A stretch of 64,000 nucleotides of DNA from assembly GCA_964413265.1 (NCBI GenBank), contig CAYPRX010000073.1:88883-152882 (forward strand), in the 5' to 3' direction. The position numbers and the translations under genes are program-made. Under the pieces are notes generated by a model. The model made no database searches. It was not told the origin of the DNA and worked only from the letters and a program-made list of their open reading frames with translations. Within the stretch, counting starts at the first letter, position 1. Every line of letters begins with the position of its first letter. This DNA comes from an uncultured Brevinematales bacterium. Lineage in GTDB: Bacteria > Spirochaetota > Brevinematia > Brevinematales > JAOACQ01. This document shows positions 46,023-56,643 of the stretch, in pieces.

Positions 46023-48362
46023 CTATTTAAATAGGACAATAGTTTTGCCCTGTCCGCCGTCTTCAGGCTTTGCAAAGCTGAAACTTAGGATATTATCCTG
46101 CTCCTGCAGATATTTCCATATTTCTTTTTTAAGAATTCCTTCGCCCTTTCCATGAATAATGGAAATACTGGCTGTACCCTTCATATAGGCAAGATCGATA
46201 TTTCTTTCAACAATTCTTAGGGCTTCTTCCGCAGTTTTTCCCCGGACATCGATAATAAGCTGAAGCTGGGACTGGTCCGAAAGAGAGATATCAATTGAAT
46301 TTTTCTTATTCTTTTCACCCTCTTCAGAGAGGTATATATCATCTATAGACACAATAGTACTGATTATTCCCAGTCTCACTCTGACTTTATTGCCGAGTAC
46401 CTGCTCTATATAACCTTCTTTATTGAATCCTCCGACAAATACCCTCTGACCTGAGGTTAATTCCTGTGGATGTTTCCTTTCAGCCCTAAGAATCTCTTCT
46501 TCCGAATCCTTTATAATTTTTTCAATATCATTAATCTTATGCCGGGTATTTGCAAGACTATCCCTGGTTTTTTGTTTCAGATCCTCCTTTATAACAGAAA
46601 GTTCCTTTAGAGTATCATCCAGTTCATTTCTAAGCAGCCTAGTTCCCTTTTTTTTAAGGGCTAATTTTTCATTTTCCATCTCTTTCAGGAGATTTTCATA
46701 CCTTTCTTTTATTGTACGGCTTTCCTCCATATTATTTTCAGCAATTTCCCTCATTTTGAGAAGGTCGGTTCTCTCTTTTTCCAGTTTAATCATCAGAGAC
46801 TCGGCAGATGAAGTTCTTTCATTTAGGTATCCAGCAGCATTTTCAATTATACTTTTATCCAGACCGTATTTTTTTGCAATCCTCAGGGCATAACTCGAAC
46901 CTGATGTACCGGTCTTAAGGGTATAAAGCGGAACCAGCCTTTCTTCATCAAAATCTACTGATGCATTTTTAACCCTTTTATCAGAAAAGGATATTTCTTT
47001 TAAGGCTTGAAAATGGGTTGTTATGATAAACTTGGATCCCTTTTCCAGGAGAGAGTGTAAAATAGACCTTCCCAGAGCTTCTCCCTCTTTCGGCTCAGTG
47101 GAACTTGCAATTTCATCGATTAAAATCAGGGATTTATCATTGCATTCCGAGATCATTTTTGAAATATTTACTATATGTCCTGAAAAACTGGAAAGATTCT
47201 CGGAAATATTCTGCTCGTCTCCAATTTCAGCCATAATTTTTGTAAAAATTCCGACCCGTGAGGAACGTGAGGCCGGAATAGGTATGCCACAGAGTGTCAT
47301 TAATGTCAGTAAACCGGCTGTTTTCAAGGCTACTGTCTTGCCTCCGGCATTTGGCCCTGAAATAATCAATCCCTGATAAGTCGAACCGACTTCGATATCG
47401 ATAGGTATGGAGTCATTTCCAAGAAGTGGATGATAGGCTTTTCGAAGGCTTATAAATGTTTTATCCCTAATAATTTCAGGAAAATTACAGTTGTGATCTA
47501 TGGCAAACCTGGCCTTAGCATATATGAGTTCAAGCCTGCCTATCAGATTGAAGTCTGTCAGAAGAATATCGGCGTTTTCATTAATAAATGCCGTTATTTT
47601 AAGAAGGATCCTGTTTATCTCAGCCAATTCTATCTCATCGATCTCAACCATCTCATTATTCAGAGATATTATATTTTCTGGCTCGACATATACTGTTTCA
47701 CCTGATTTTGAAAATGAGTGAACGATGTAGTTGAAAAGGGACCTTAATTTATTTTTAAACTGCGCCTTCACGGGTATCACAAATCTGCCTTCACGGAGTG
47801 AAATAAACTTGTCCTGTAAGGCTTCACCAAGTGATTTTTGCTCCATTATTGATGACAGCTCGGAATGAATATCCGTTCTGATCGATGACTTTCTTTTCCT
47901 TATCCTTTTTAATTCTTCCGAGGCCGAATCAAAAATCGAGCCATTATCATCCATAACAAGGTTTATGGCATTCAGCAATTCAGCCGGGAACGGTGCGTCT
48001 TTAACCAAAGAAAATAGGAGAGGGTATTTGATTGAATACGAAGTCAAGGCATTAAAGATGCCTGAAAATATACCCATGGTCTTTTTTATCTCAAGAACAT
48101 CTTCAGGAGACAGCACCAGACCTTTTATTCTTGCGTTTTCAATTGAATCTTCGATGTTCTCCAGTTCTTTAAATGAAAGATCCGAATCAAATTTAAGGAA
48201 GCTTGTCATTTCTTCAGTAAGCTTGAGCTCAGTTTCAGGATCTTCAGACTTTATAAATTCCCTGATATTTCCTATCTCTCTTATACCGGGATAGGTTTTG
48301 ACATATTTATTTATTAAAGGTATTATTTTGTCGAATTCCAGAATTTCAAAATAATAATCCAA
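46023..48362 (-). CDS. mutS2: Endonuclease MutS2
   Basis: Walker A is GPNAGGKTVALKT, with Walker B-like LILIDEI, a long coiled coil and a C-terminal Smr domain (IDVRGKTAEEAL ... IIHGKGEGILK). It uses a TTG start. Confidence 0.9.
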   Translation of the reverse strand: MDYYFEILEFDKIIPLINKYVKTYPGIREIGNIREFIKSEDPETELKLTEEMTSFLKFDSDLSFKELENIEDSIENARIKGLVLSPEDVLEIKKTMGIFSGIFNALTSYSIKYPLLFSLVKDAPFPAELLNAINLVMDDNGSIFDSASEELKRIRKRKSSIRTDIHSELSSIMEQKSLGEALQDKFISLREGRFVIPVKAQFKNKLRSLFNYIVHSFSKSGETVYVEPENIISLNNEMVEIDEIELAEINRILLKITAFINENADILLTDFNLIGRLELIYAKARFAIDHNCNFPEIIRDKTFISLRKAYHPLLGNDSIPIDIEVGSTYQGLIISGPNAGGKTVALKTAGLLTLMTLCGIPIPASRSSRVGIFTKIMAEIGDEQNISENLSSFSGHIVNISKMISECNDKSLILIDEIASSTEPKEGEALGRSILHSLLEKGSKFIITTHFQALKEISFSDKRVKNASVDFDEERLVPLYTLKTGTSGSSYALRIAKKYGLDKSIIENAAGYLNERTSSAESLMIKLEKERTDLLKMREIAENNMEESRTIKERYENLLKEMENEKLALKKKGTRLLRNELDDTLKELSVIKEDLKQKTRDSLANTRHKINDIEKIIKDSEEEILRAERKHPQELTSGQRVFVGGFNKEGYIEQVLGNKVRVRLGIISTIVSIDDIYLSEEGEKNKKNSIDISLSDQSQLQLIIDVRGKTAEEALRIVERNIDLAYMKGTASISIIHGKGEGILKKEIWKYLQEQDNILSFSFAKPEDGGQGKTIVLFK

Positions 48363-48366
48363 AATT

Positions 48367-49485
48367 CTAAGGTTCCTTATGTTTTTTTATGTTTTCTCCG
48401 GCGAATTTGTAAAAGATCTCTGCCGTATTTTCCCATGTAAATTTCTTTGACCATTCAACAGCTTTTAACGACATTGATTTTCTTAACTCTTCATCGCGGA
48501 ATAAAAGTTCAATTTTTGATGCAAGAATTTCTATATTTCCGCTTGGGATAAGGAAACCATTATTATTGTCGCTGATTGAGTTCCTGATTCCCTCGACATC
48601 ATAACCGATAACAGGCAGACCGCCTGCATTTGATTCAATTACTACAATACCCCATCCCTCTTTTTCCGATGTAATCGCTGATATCCAGGACGAAGTAATC
48701 AATTCCGCCTTTGCCTCTTCAGTTATAAAACCGGTGAATTCAACCGATTCTCCAAGTTTAAGCCCTGCGCAGATCTCCTTCAATCTGGCTTCGTCATCGC
48801 CCTTACCGGCAATAATAAGTCTTGCAGCGGGAAAATTTTTCCTTGCTATGCTGAAAGCCCTGATAATATGATCAAAACGCTTGTACTTTTTCAGTCTTCC
48901 AAAACAAAAAAGAGTAGGGTAAGGGGTTCTATAATCTAGAGGATATCTTCTGATTACACTGAAATCTATTCCTGGATAGGCAATTACTGTATTTTTATAG
49001 CCGTAATTATCGGTAAGTTCGGAATAATTTGTGTCCGATATGAGCACTGTAGGGGTGTTTTTATAGTATTTAAGCATATATTTTTCCATAGCATATACAT
49101 AAAGTGCAAATGGGAACGGAAGCTGTCTGAAAAGACTTTTTCCATGAACATGATAGTGTATTACTATTAGAGGAATATCTTTAATGTAGAGTGATGTTGC
49201 AAGGGGTATCTTGGATTCTGAAGCAATTACAAGGTCGTAATTTTTCCTAGAGAGGTATTTTTTCCAGTAATACCAGAATGTAAAATTAAATAGAGCATTA
49301 TTGAAAATTCTGTAAATTGTGTAATCATTTGTAATTTCAACGGCTTTTGAATTTTTAAATGAAGCTGACACGAAATCTATTTCCCAGTCAGCAGGTTTTC
49401 TCTTTAAGATTTCATCAAGGTAAATTTCAGCTCCGCCTGATTCAGGATTGTAAATATCCCTCCAGTTAATCACTAAAACTTTCAT
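48367..49485 (-). CDS. Glycosyltransferase, GT4 (GT-B) family
   Basis: The C-terminal EX7E-type region is SEKEGWGIVVIESNAGGLPVIGYDVEGIRNSI. Confidence 0.8.
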   Translation of the reverse strand: MKVLVINWRDIYNPESGGAEIYLDEILKRKPADWEIDFVSASFKNSKAVEITNDYTIYRIFNNALFNFTFWYYWKKYLSRKNYDLVIASESKIPLATSLYIKDIPLIVIHYHVHGKSLFRQLPFPFALYVYAMEKYMLKYYKNTPTVLISDTNYSELTDNYGYKNTVIAYPGIDFSVIRRYPLDYRTPYPTLFCFGRLKKYKRFDHIIRAFSIARKNFPAARLIIAGKGDDEARLKEICAGLKLGESVEFTGFITEEAKAELITSSWISAITSEKEGWGIVVIESNAGGLPVIGYDVEGIRNSISDNNNGFLIPSGNIEILASKIELLFRDEELRKSMSLKAVEWSKKFTWENTAEIFYKFAGENIKKHKEP

Positions 49486-49500
49486 TATGCAGAAATCCGG

Positions 49501-50037
49501 TTAAAATTTAATATGAATGATCGGCACAGTAACAAAGAACAGATCGCTCATAGAATTCATACCGTAAGTTTTTGTTTTCAAGGCATACTGGTCCTGAAGG
49601 AAAATATAATCGAAATATGCAGCTGCCAGGGGTATCATAAATGTGTTGAAATAAATATAGTTCAGGTCGGTATTGTCTGCATAATAAGAATTATATGCAA
49701 GTTCATTCTTTGAATACATAATGGCAGTTGTCAAATAATAAATCGCGGGCATAGCAATCCAGTATATGAGGTCCATCCTCCTCGGTACTGTTTCAGGCTT
49801 TTCGACCTCTATCTTACCTGAACTTAAATAACTGTTCGGCAGGGGAGGTTCTGTAATTGTTTTTATATTGGGATTCGTCATTTCTGAATTTGGGTTATAA
49901 TTTGTACTGTTAGTCAGCGAATTAAGGGTATTTGTATCAAGTGTAACATATGAAAATGATAGCCCTTTTATGAGAATAGCAATGGAAACAACAGAAATAG
50001 CGGCGATCAGGAATACCCATGTTTTCGCCATATACAA
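49501..50037 (-). CDS. Hypothetical membrane/envelope protein
   Basis: It has an N-terminal signal anchor, an Asn/Thr/Pro-rich linker, an aromatic-rich C-terminal half and a terminal Phe. I recognise no family. Confidence 0.35.
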   Translation of the reverse strand: MYMAKTWVFLIAAISVVSIAILIKGLSFSYVTLDTNTLNSLTNSTNYNPNSEMTNPNIKTITEPPLPNSYLSSGKIEVEKPETVPRRMDLIYWIAMPAIYYLTTAIMYSKNELAYNSYYADNTDLNYIYFNTFMIPLAAAYFDYIFLQDQYALKTKTYGMNSMSDLFFVTVPIIHIKF

Positions 50038-50087
50038 TTTCCTATAAGATATATTATGTTAAGTTTAATTTATTCTTATTTAGTGAT

Positions 50088-50576
50088 TTATTTTGAAGAA
50101 TCATTCAAAAGCTTGTACACCTCATCTTTGACAACATCCTGGTTTTTACCGACAGAAAGGGATATTTCACTTACAAGCATATTAAGGGCGGTATTATATA
50201 GTTTCTTTTCCGTTGTGGATAATTCCTTAACCTGGTTTCTGTTGTAAAGGTTCTTGATAACCGTTGAAACCTCTACAATTGTACCTGATTTAAGCATATC
50301 CTGGTGTTTTTTATACCTTATTTTCCAGTCTTCATCGATCTCACTGATGTGGGACGAAATAACTTCGAGACATCGTTTTATATCCTTTGGTTTAGCTATG
50401 TCTCTCAGGCCAAGTTCTTTAGTATTATCTGAAGGGACCATTATAGTTGTTTCTGTGAGGGGGAACCTGATTATATAATATTTCCTTTTAGCACCGAGAA
50501 TTTCCTTCTCCTCGACACCCTGTATTTCTCCAGCTCCATGATACGGATAAAATACCCTTTCACCGATTTTAAACAT
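50088..50576 (-). CDS. carD: CarD/CdnL family RNA polymerase-binding transcription factor
   Basis: MFKIGERVFYPYHGAGEIQGVEEKEILGAKRKYYII is the Tudor-like N-terminal domain. Confidence 0.85.
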   Translation of the reverse strand: MFKIGERVFYPYHGAGEIQGVEEKEILGAKRKYYIIRFPLTETTIMVPSDNTKELGLRDIAKPKDIKRCLEVISSHISEIDEDWKIRYKKHQDMLKSGTIVEVSTVIKNLYNRNQVKELSTTEKKLYNTALNMLVSEISLSVGKNQDVVKDEVYKLLNDSSK

Positions 50577-50625
50577 ATTTCAAACCCACAGAGACAAACA
50601 AATTATTATAACTTTATATTTAAAA

Positions 50626-51225
50626 TTAGTCAATTAACCTTTCCCTTCCTCTAATAGCTTCAGAAAGGCTTTTATTGCCAGCATATTGAATACTTATACC
50701 CACCGGTATTCCCCTTGCAAGATGCGAAAATGTAATATTCGAATCTTTGAGCAGATCCTTTATATACAAGACCGTAGCATCACCTTCAGTAGTCGCGCTT
50801 GTAGCGAATATTATTTCCTTGATGGAAGATGATCTAAGTCTCTCAGCAAGGCCTTTGATATTAAGATCGTCAGGGGTCACACCATTTAGTGGAGAAAGAA
50901 CGCCGCCGAGTGAATGATACTGTCCTTTGTATATGTTGGTTGATTCGAGATAGTAAATATCTGCAGGGCTCTCAACAATGCAGAGGATTGACCTGTCTCT
51001 TCCCGGATCCTTGCAGATCCAGCATGGATCGTAATCAGATAAATTACCGCAGATGCTGCAAGCAACGGTGTTTTTTCTTAAATTGTCGATCGCTGATAAA
51101 AGCCGTCCCGACAGCTCTCTTTCATGCATCAGGAGATAATAGGCAATCCTTTCACTGGACCTGGGGCCTAATCCTGGAAGTTCGGAAAATACTGATATAA
51201 AGGCCTTCATAGCATCAGAGAACAT
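50626..51225 (-). CDS. recR: Recombination protein RecR
   Basis: LPGLGPRSSERIAYYLL (HhH), the C4 zinc finger CSICGNLSDYDPCWIC and a Toprim segment (CIVESPADI). Confidence 0.9.
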   Translation of the reverse strand: MFSDAMKAFISVFSELPGLGPRSSERIAYYLLMHERELSGRLLSAIDNLRKNTVACSICGNLSDYDPCWICKDPGRDRSILCIVESPADIYYLESTNIYKGQYHSLGGVLSPLNGVTPDDLNIKGLAERLRSSSIKEIIFATSATTEGDATVLYIKDLLKDSNITFSHLARGIPVGISIQYAGNKSLSEAIRGRERLID

Positions 51226-51228
51226 CTA

Positions 51229-51531
51229 TCACTTTCCCATAAGAAAATTTGAAAGCCCTGAATTTTTCATCTGTTTTTTGACCATTTTATCAACTTCCCT
51301 GGCAGCTGCTTTATGGGCTTCCTTTGTGCATTTTGAAAGCTCCTCTGCTGAAATATTCATAGCCTCATTCGAGAATTCTATGTTTTTCAGCCCTTTTTCT
51401 CCATCGAGGCTTATTTTGACATACCCCCTCTTCGAAACGCCTGTAGCCCTGATTTCACCCATAATCTTTTTTGTATCATCAGCCATTTTTTTTAATTTTG
51501 TCATATCCTTAAGGTTATTTATTGCTGGCAT
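51229..51531 (-). CDS. ybaB: YbaB/EbfC family nucleoid-associated protein
   Basis: It is 100 aa and sits in the conserved dnaX-ybaB-recR arrangement. VKISLDGEKGLKNIEFS is typical of the family. Confidence 0.85.
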   Translation of the reverse strand: MPAINNLKDMTKLKKMADDTKKIMGEIRATGVSKRGYVKISLDGEKGLKNIEFSNEAMNISAEELSKCTKEAHKAAAREVDKMVKKQMKNSGLSNFLMGK

Positions 51532-51552
51532 GAAATTCCTCCTGAACTTTTG

Positions 51553-53049
51553 CTATATAATCTTACCCTCGAATAAATTGACAATATCGTCCACCATTTT
51601 CAGAGGTGGTTTGGATTCCTGGTTTAATTTGAAGCTGAGGCTTATATTTTTACCTTTCCTGGAAGCTAATTCAGCCTCTATTTCCATCTTATTTTTGTCC
51701 AGATATTCAAGACAATGCATATCGTTTACATAAGCTGTGATATTCCCGTCTGAAACTTCTATGCGTCCTATCGATTGGATCATGGATTTTAAAACCGGGC
51801 TCGATGAAAGAACATTAATAAGTTCCGTTTTTTCATCAGTATCCAACCCGCTTCCGTCCCTTATTATTGCACGCTCAGGCTCTCCTACTCTGCCGGAATT
51901 AATAAGAGCAAGGATTTCATTTCTGAGATCACCTGCAGGGATTATGTTTTTATAGTCCATCATCTTAAATAGTGCTGCTTCAAGCAAAAATCTCTCGCTG
52001 TTATCTCCTTTCAGAGAAGAATAAAGTTCGATAAAAATTCCCATAATCTTAATCAGATCCTGCTGTGAAAAATTCTCGAATAAAAGGGTCAGTTCCTTGT
52101 ATTTCTTTTCAGGTATATTGAGAAGTTCATCGTCATTGGGTAGTTTCTTTATCAGAATGCCCTGCTTTAAAAAGGAGATCATATTCATCGTGAATATTTT
52201 TATATCACCCACACTGGATGAATAAGCCTCTATGGTTTTCAACATCCTTATGATATCCGCTGTCTTCACCGACTCAATAAGCTCAGTAAAATAATGATTA
52301 TCAGGTATTCCCAGGAGTTCTGATGCGCTCTTCTCGTTTATGTCACCACCCGAATATATGGTTATCTGGTCAAAAACACTCTGCGCATCTCTCATTGAAC
52401 CGTCGGCTGATTCTGCTATCAGAAACAATCCCTCCTCTGTATATTTGATCTTCTCGTTATCTGCTATTTTTTTCAGCTGATTAACGATGCTTCTTGTGGA
52501 TATTTTTTTAAATACAAAATGCTGGCATCTCGATTTAATTGTCGGAATAACCTTGTGAGCTTCTGTAGTTGCAAGAATAAACACTGCATGGGGAGGAGGC
52601 TCCTCAAGAGTCTTGAGAAGGGCATTGGAGGCCTCGTTGGTAAGCATATGGACTTCATCTATGATATAGACCTTGTATTTACCTGAAAGAGGCATATATG
52701 CTACAGTGTCTTTAAGCTCTCTTATATTATCGATCCCCCTGTTGGACGCTCCATCAATTTCTATGACATCAAGAGAATATCCACCTGTTATCTCTATGCA
52801 TGAGGAACATTTATTGCATGGCTCCATACCCTTGAGGTCTTTGCAGTTCAGTGTCTTTGCGATAATTCTTGCCGTAGTAGTCTTTCCTACTCCCCTCACT
52901 CCCGAGAATAAAAATGCGTGAGGAATACGGCCGGTGGACAAAGAATTCTGGATCGTTTTAACAAGGTTTTCCTGACCGATGATCTCGCAAAACAGCTGAG
53001 GTCTCCATTTCCTTGCCGTGACCTTATAATCCATTTTGAAATTCTCCAT
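51553..53049 (-). CDS. dnaX: DNA polymerase III subunit gamma/tau
   Basis: KWRPQLFCEIIGQE, HAFLFSGVRGVGKTTTARI, the Zn module CNKCSSC, YIIDEVHMLT and LKTLEEPP. Confidence 0.9.
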   Translation of the reverse strand: MENFKMDYKVTARKWRPQLFCEIIGQENLVKTIQNSLSTGRIPHAFLFSGVRGVGKTTTARIIAKTLNCKDLKGMEPCNKCSSCIEITGGYSLDVIEIDGASNRGIDNIRELKDTVAYMPLSGKYKVYIIDEVHMLTNEASNALLKTLEEPPPHAVFILATTEAHKVIPTIKSRCQHFVFKKISTRSIVNQLKKIADNEKIKYTEEGLFLIAESADGSMRDAQSVFDQITIYSGGDINEKSASELLGIPDNHYFTELIESVKTADIIRMLKTIEAYSSSVGDIKIFTMNMISFLKQGILIKKLPNDDELLNIPEKKYKELTLLFENFSQQDLIKIMGIFIELYSSLKGDNSERFLLEAALFKMMDYKNIIPAGDLRNEILALINSGRVGEPERAIIRDGSGLDTDEKTELINVLSSSPVLKSMIQSIGRIEVSDGNITAYVNDMHCLEYLDKNKMEIEAELASRKGKNISLSFKLNQESKPPLKMVDDIVNLFEGKII

Positions 53050-53153
53050 CAGTTAAGCGTGGAAAAATATTTAACAACATTAATTCTAATGCCAGGAGAC
53101 AAAAATATCAATTTAAAGGATTTAAAGCATGAGAGAAATCTGTATTTAACCTG

Positions 53154-53182
53154 TTGACACCTTTAAAAAAACAAATTAATAT
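53154..53182 (+). promoter_or_regulatory. Candidate sigma-70 promoter for the 53207 ORF
   Basis: TTGACA (53154-59), a 17-nt spacer, then TAATAT (53177-82). An AGGAGG ribosome-binding site lies at 53198-53203. Confidence 0.4.
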
Positions 53183-53206
53183 ATATTCAGTTCAAGTAGG
53201 AGGCTT

Positions 53207-53545
53207 ATGATGAATATCAGGACGATAATTGTTGCTGCCCTGCTTTTTATGTTCGTGCAGTCGATCAGTTTCGGATTTTCCTATAGGGAAGTTGTATTTC
53301 CCTTCAAGGCATTTGTATGGCAAGGTGCAAAAATACCGCCATCAGAACTGCAAAATGTTACCATCACAAAAGAGACACCCTATGTTCTGGAGTTCTCATA
53401 TCAGAGTAAAAAATATAGAGCCAGTCTATTCGTATTCGGCGCTATTTACCTTGAGAGGCCCGATCAGATGCCTCTTCTGATCTCATTTGATATTCAGGAT
53501 TACAAGCTTGATGCGCGTTTCCTGACCATTCATGAATACGACTAG
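53207..53545 (+). CDS. Hypothetical small secreted protein
   Basis: It has a signal peptide (MMNIRTIIVAALLFMFVQSISFG), a strong ribosome-binding site and a nearby promoter-like element. I recognise no family. Confidence 0.4.
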   Translation: MMNIRTIIVAALLFMFVQSISFGFSYREVVFPFKAFVWQGAKIPPSELQNVTITKETPYVLEFSYQSKKYRASLFVFGAIYLERPDQMPLLISFDIQDYKLDARFLTIHEYD

Positions 53546-54753
53546 ACTTTGGAATTGAAATTACCATCCCTGAGCACAGTGTTGATCTTATCACCTGGAT
53601 TTACATCACTGACTCTGCGGATAAGGCTTTTCGACTCCCCTTTTTCATAGCGGTATGTAATCGAGTACCCCCTTTTAAGGGTGTTATAGGGATTAAGAGT
53701 TTCAAGCTTTCCAGTGTAATAATGAACCGAATTTTTTGCCTGTTTAAGGTAATTACTGAAATTATTAAGAAAACGTATATTGAGATTCTCCATAGACATA
53801 GTCAGTTCGGACAACTGATCCTGAAAAAGCCTTTTTATTACCTTTTTACCTCTTATTTCCAGAAAGTTCTTTAACAAATCGTATTGGGCATAAAAGAGCT
53901 TGTCGAGTCTTTCTTTAATAATGCTTATATTCTTTAATATGTCCTTTTTATCTTTTACAACAAGCTCAGCAGCGGCGGAAGGCGTCGGAGCCCTGAGATC
54001 TGCTACGTAATCGGCTATTGTATAATCGATCTCATGACCTACTGCTGAAATAACGGGTATTCTCGATCCGTAAATTGCCCTTGCAACAATCTCTTCATTG
54101 AAGCACCACAGGTCTTCCAGTGACCCTCCCCCTCTGGCGACTATAAGCACGTCCAGGTAATCTCCGGCGAAATCATTTGCAACCTTGATTGACCGGACAA
54201 TCTCATCCCTGGCGGCTTCGCCCTGAACTGATGCAGGAAATAGAAATATACTCACACCACTGAACCTGCGGTTTATTACATTCATAATATCCTGAATAGC
54301 GGCTCCGCTTCTGGATGTCACAACACCCACATTCTGCGGATAATCAGGTATTTTCCTTTTATGAGATTTGTCGAAAAGACCCTCTTTTTCAAGCCTGGCT
54401 TTTAATTCGTCAAATTTCTGCTTGAGAAGTCCCTCACCGATAAATTCAATCTCATCAACGAAAAGAGTTATATACCCTTCCTTTTTATAATAGGATATTC
54501 TGCCATAGACCAGGATCTCAAGGCCGTTTTTTAGTTCATTAACACTCGTGCAGACGCTTGAATTGGCCATAATCATCGCATTCAGCTTGGATTCGTTGTC
54601 CCTGATATTGAAATAAACATTGCCGTTCTGCTGGATCTTGAGATTGGAAATCTCCCCCCTTATCCAGAGAGGAGATATATTTTGAGAGATTATTGTATAA
54701 ATGAATTTAGCTACTGCACTGACAGACAGGGCTTCGCCGATATGGCCGTTCAT
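53542..54753 (-). CDS. xseA: Exodeoxyribonuclease VII large subunit
   Basis: It has an OB-fold N-terminus (LWIRGEISNLKIQQNGNVYFNIRD). GVVTSRSGAAIQDI, IVARGGGSLEDLWCFN and ISAVGHEID are also present. Confidence 0.85.
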   Translation of the reverse strand: MNGHIGEALSVSAVAKFIYTIISQNISPLWIRGEISNLKIQQNGNVYFNIRDNESKLNAMIMANSSVCTSVNELKNGLEILVYGRISYYKKEGYITLFVDEIEFIGEGLLKQKFDELKARLEKEGLFDKSHKRKIPDYPQNVGVVTSRSGAAIQDIMNVINRRFSGVSIFLFPASVQGEAARDEIVRSIKVANDFAGDYLDVLIVARGGGSLEDLWCFNEEIVARAIYGSRIPVISAVGHEIDYTIADYVADLRAPTPSAAAELVVKDKKDILKNISIIKERLDKLFYAQYDLLKNFLEIRGKKVIKRLFQDQLSELTMSMENLNIRFLNNFSNYLKQAKNSVHYYTGKLETLNPYNTLKRGYSITYRYEKGESKSLIRRVSDVNPGDKINTVLRDGNFNSKV

Positions 54754-54761
54754 TTTCAGAC

Positions 54762-54962
54762 TTATTTTATACTGTATCTCTTCTTGAACCTGTCGACCAT
54801 GCCGCCTCTTTCAGCTATTCTCTTCTGCCCTGTATAAAATGGATGGCATTTCGAACAGATTTCCACATTGATTTCAGGTACGACTGTTTGGATGGTAAAT
54901 TCGTTCCCGCAGGTGCACTTTACTTTTGTATCATAAAGTTTGGGATGAATTCCCTCTTTCAT
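54762..54962 (-). CDS. rpmE: 50S ribosomal protein L31
   Basis: MKEGIHPKLY...CTCGNEF...CSKCHPFYTG (Zn-ribbon form). Confidence 0.9.
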   Translation of the reverse strand: MKEGIHPKLYDTKVKCTCGNEFTIQTVVPEINVEICSKCHPFYTGQKRIAERGGMVDRFKKRYSIK

Positions 54963-55043
54963 CTAACGTCTCCTGAAATATAATATATTATTATAGTATA
55001 TTTTAAGTATTTAGTCAAAAATTCAATATCCGGGCTTTTGGTA

Positions 55044-56501
55044 TTAATCTTTAGAGAAGTATTGTATATTATTGAGAAATTCCTCATTTTTCAGTGTTTT
55101 TTTCATAGCAGTAGTCAATTTTGGTATGATCTCCTCGTTCGGCATTGACGCAAAAACCTTCCTGATCATCCTGATCTTTTCAAGATCGTCATTAGGAAGG
55201 AGCAGTTCTTCACGGCGTGTTCCTGAGAGTTTTATGTCAATTGCCGGGAATATTCTTATGTTGGACAGGTTCCTGTCCAGATGGATTTCCATATTACCGG
55301 TCCCTTTGAATTCCTCATAAATGACTTCATCCATCTTGCTTCCGGTATCGACAAGAGCTGTGGCAACTATGGTCAGACTGCCGCCTTCTTCTATGTTTCT
55401 GGCGGCTCCGAAAAACTTTTTAGGTTTATGAAGCGCATTTGAATCAATTCCTCCCGACAAGACTTTTCCGCTGGCCGGTTCAACCTGGTTGTAAGCCCTG
55501 GCCAGTCTTGTTATGGAATCGAGAAGTATGACCACGTCATAACCGCTTTCAACGAGACGTTTGGCTTTCTCGAGAACCATCTGGGCGACAAGGACATGCT
55601 TTGAGGCAGGTTCATCGAAAGTCGAGCTTAAAACCTCAGCCTGTACAGATCTCTGCATGTCTGTGACCTCTTCCGGCCTTTCATCAACAAGGAATATTAT
55701 AAGGCGGACTTCCGGATGGTTTGATGTAATGCTGTTCGCAATCTTCTTTAATAAAACAGTTTTTCCTGCCTTCGGCGGTGAAACTACGAGGCCCCTCTGT
55801 CCCTTGCCTATGGGTGTAAAAAGATCCATAATTCTCATCGCTATCTCGTCTGATTCAACTTCCAGTTTGATCTTCCGTTCCGGAAATAAGGGCGTCAGGT
55901 TATCGAAGATTGTCCTTCTTCTTGCCTCTTCAGGTGATTTATCATTGATTTTTTCAATCCGAAGCAGAGCAAAAAACTTTTCCTCCTCGGTCCTTTTCGG
56001 AGGGCGGATATGGCCCTCGACTGTATCGCCTGTTCTCAACTTAAAAAGGGATATTTGTGATGGTGAAACATATATATCGTCGGAACTCGGTAAAAAATTG
56101 TACCTCTGTGAGCGAAGGAACCCGAATCCTCCCTCAATAACCTGCAGGATTCCGCCTCCGTAGATGATACCTTCATTGTCGGCATGTTTCCGGAGAATCT
56201 GATAAACCATTTCCTGAGTATGCATTGATTCGTAATTTTCTATTTTAAGCTGTTCGGCAATGAGGGTTAGTTCAGTTATTGAAAGCTGCTTCAGTTTATT
56301 TATATAAATACGCTTATCATCAGTAAATATCTGCTTCATAACTTCCTCGGGATCATTAGTATGGATATATGAGCTGAATACATTGTTTTTATTTTCTTCA
56401 ATATCCATAACGTTTTTCTCGGAAGATTCAGTTGATTTTTCATCTGATTCAATCAATCCATTCATATCATTGCCGTTCTTCAGCCTGATCCTCTTTGGCA
56501 T
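55044..56501 (-). CDS. rho: Transcription termination factor Rho, with an N-terminal extension of about 64 aa
   Basis: [32 protein letters not shown] and [13 protein letters not shown]. The core begins around [16 protein letters not shown]. Confidence 0.95.
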   Translation of the reverse strand: MPKRIRLKNGNDMNGLIESDEKSTESSEKNVMDIEENKNNVFSSYIHTNDPEEVMKQIFTDDKRIYINKLKQLSITELTLIAEQLKIENYESMHTQEMVYQILRKHADNEGIIYGGGILQVIEGGFGFLRSQRYNFLPSSDDIYVSPSQISLFKLRTGDTVEGHIRPPKRTEEEKFFALLRIEKINDKSPEEARRRTIFDNLTPLFPERKIKLEVESDEIAMRIMDLFTPIGKGQRGLVVSPPKAGKTVLLKKIANSITSNHPEVRLIIFLVDERPEEVTDMQRSVQAEVLSSTFDEPASKHVLVAQMVLEKAKRLVESGYDVVILLDSITRLARAYNQVEPASGKVLSGGIDSNALHKPKKFFGAARNIEEGGSLTIVATALVDTGSKMDEVIYEEFKGTGNMEIHLDRNLSNIRIFPAIDIKLSGTRREELLLPNDDLEKIRMIRKVFASMPNEEIIPKLTTAMKKTLKNEEFLNNIQYFSKD

Positions 56502-56643
56502 AATTATACTCCTTTTATTGAAAATCTAAGTTCGTGGCATTTGCAAAACCTGATAATATATTTTCTATACGAAAAGAACTTATAAGCGAGATAAATTCCC
56601 CTCACAGAATTGATGATGATTATAAATTTAAGAAAATGTCTTA

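Noticed and set aside
52495-52512. An A7 run (TTT AAA AAA ATA in the dnaX reading frame) was considered as a possible -1 frameshift site producing a gamma subunit.
   Set aside because: It does not form an X XXY YYZ heptamer in the correct phase. It also lies in the N-terminal ATPase module (about codon 180), far from where tau/gamma frameshifting occurs.
53050-53206. I looked for an SRP RNA (ffs) or another small RNA upstream of dnaX, where it is often found.
   Set aside because: The region is AT-rich with no GC-rich helices or conserved SRP domain IV motifs. It is adequately explained by divergent promoters.
55561-56163. A 200-aa plus-strand ORF lies inside rho. Similar long antisense ORFs occur at 37734-38189 and 35952-36281 in nrdJ, 29795-30232 and 30829-31335 across panD/flaA, 21595-22053 across the HlyD/ABC ATPase genes, 39772-40128 in cobB, 47023-47376 and 47965-48294 in mutS2, and 51278-51733 across ybaB/dnaX.
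   Set aside because: All lie fully antisense to ORFs with unmistakable family motifs. They have no ribosome-binding sites and biased Ser/Leu/Phe/Ile composition, so they are shadow ORFs.
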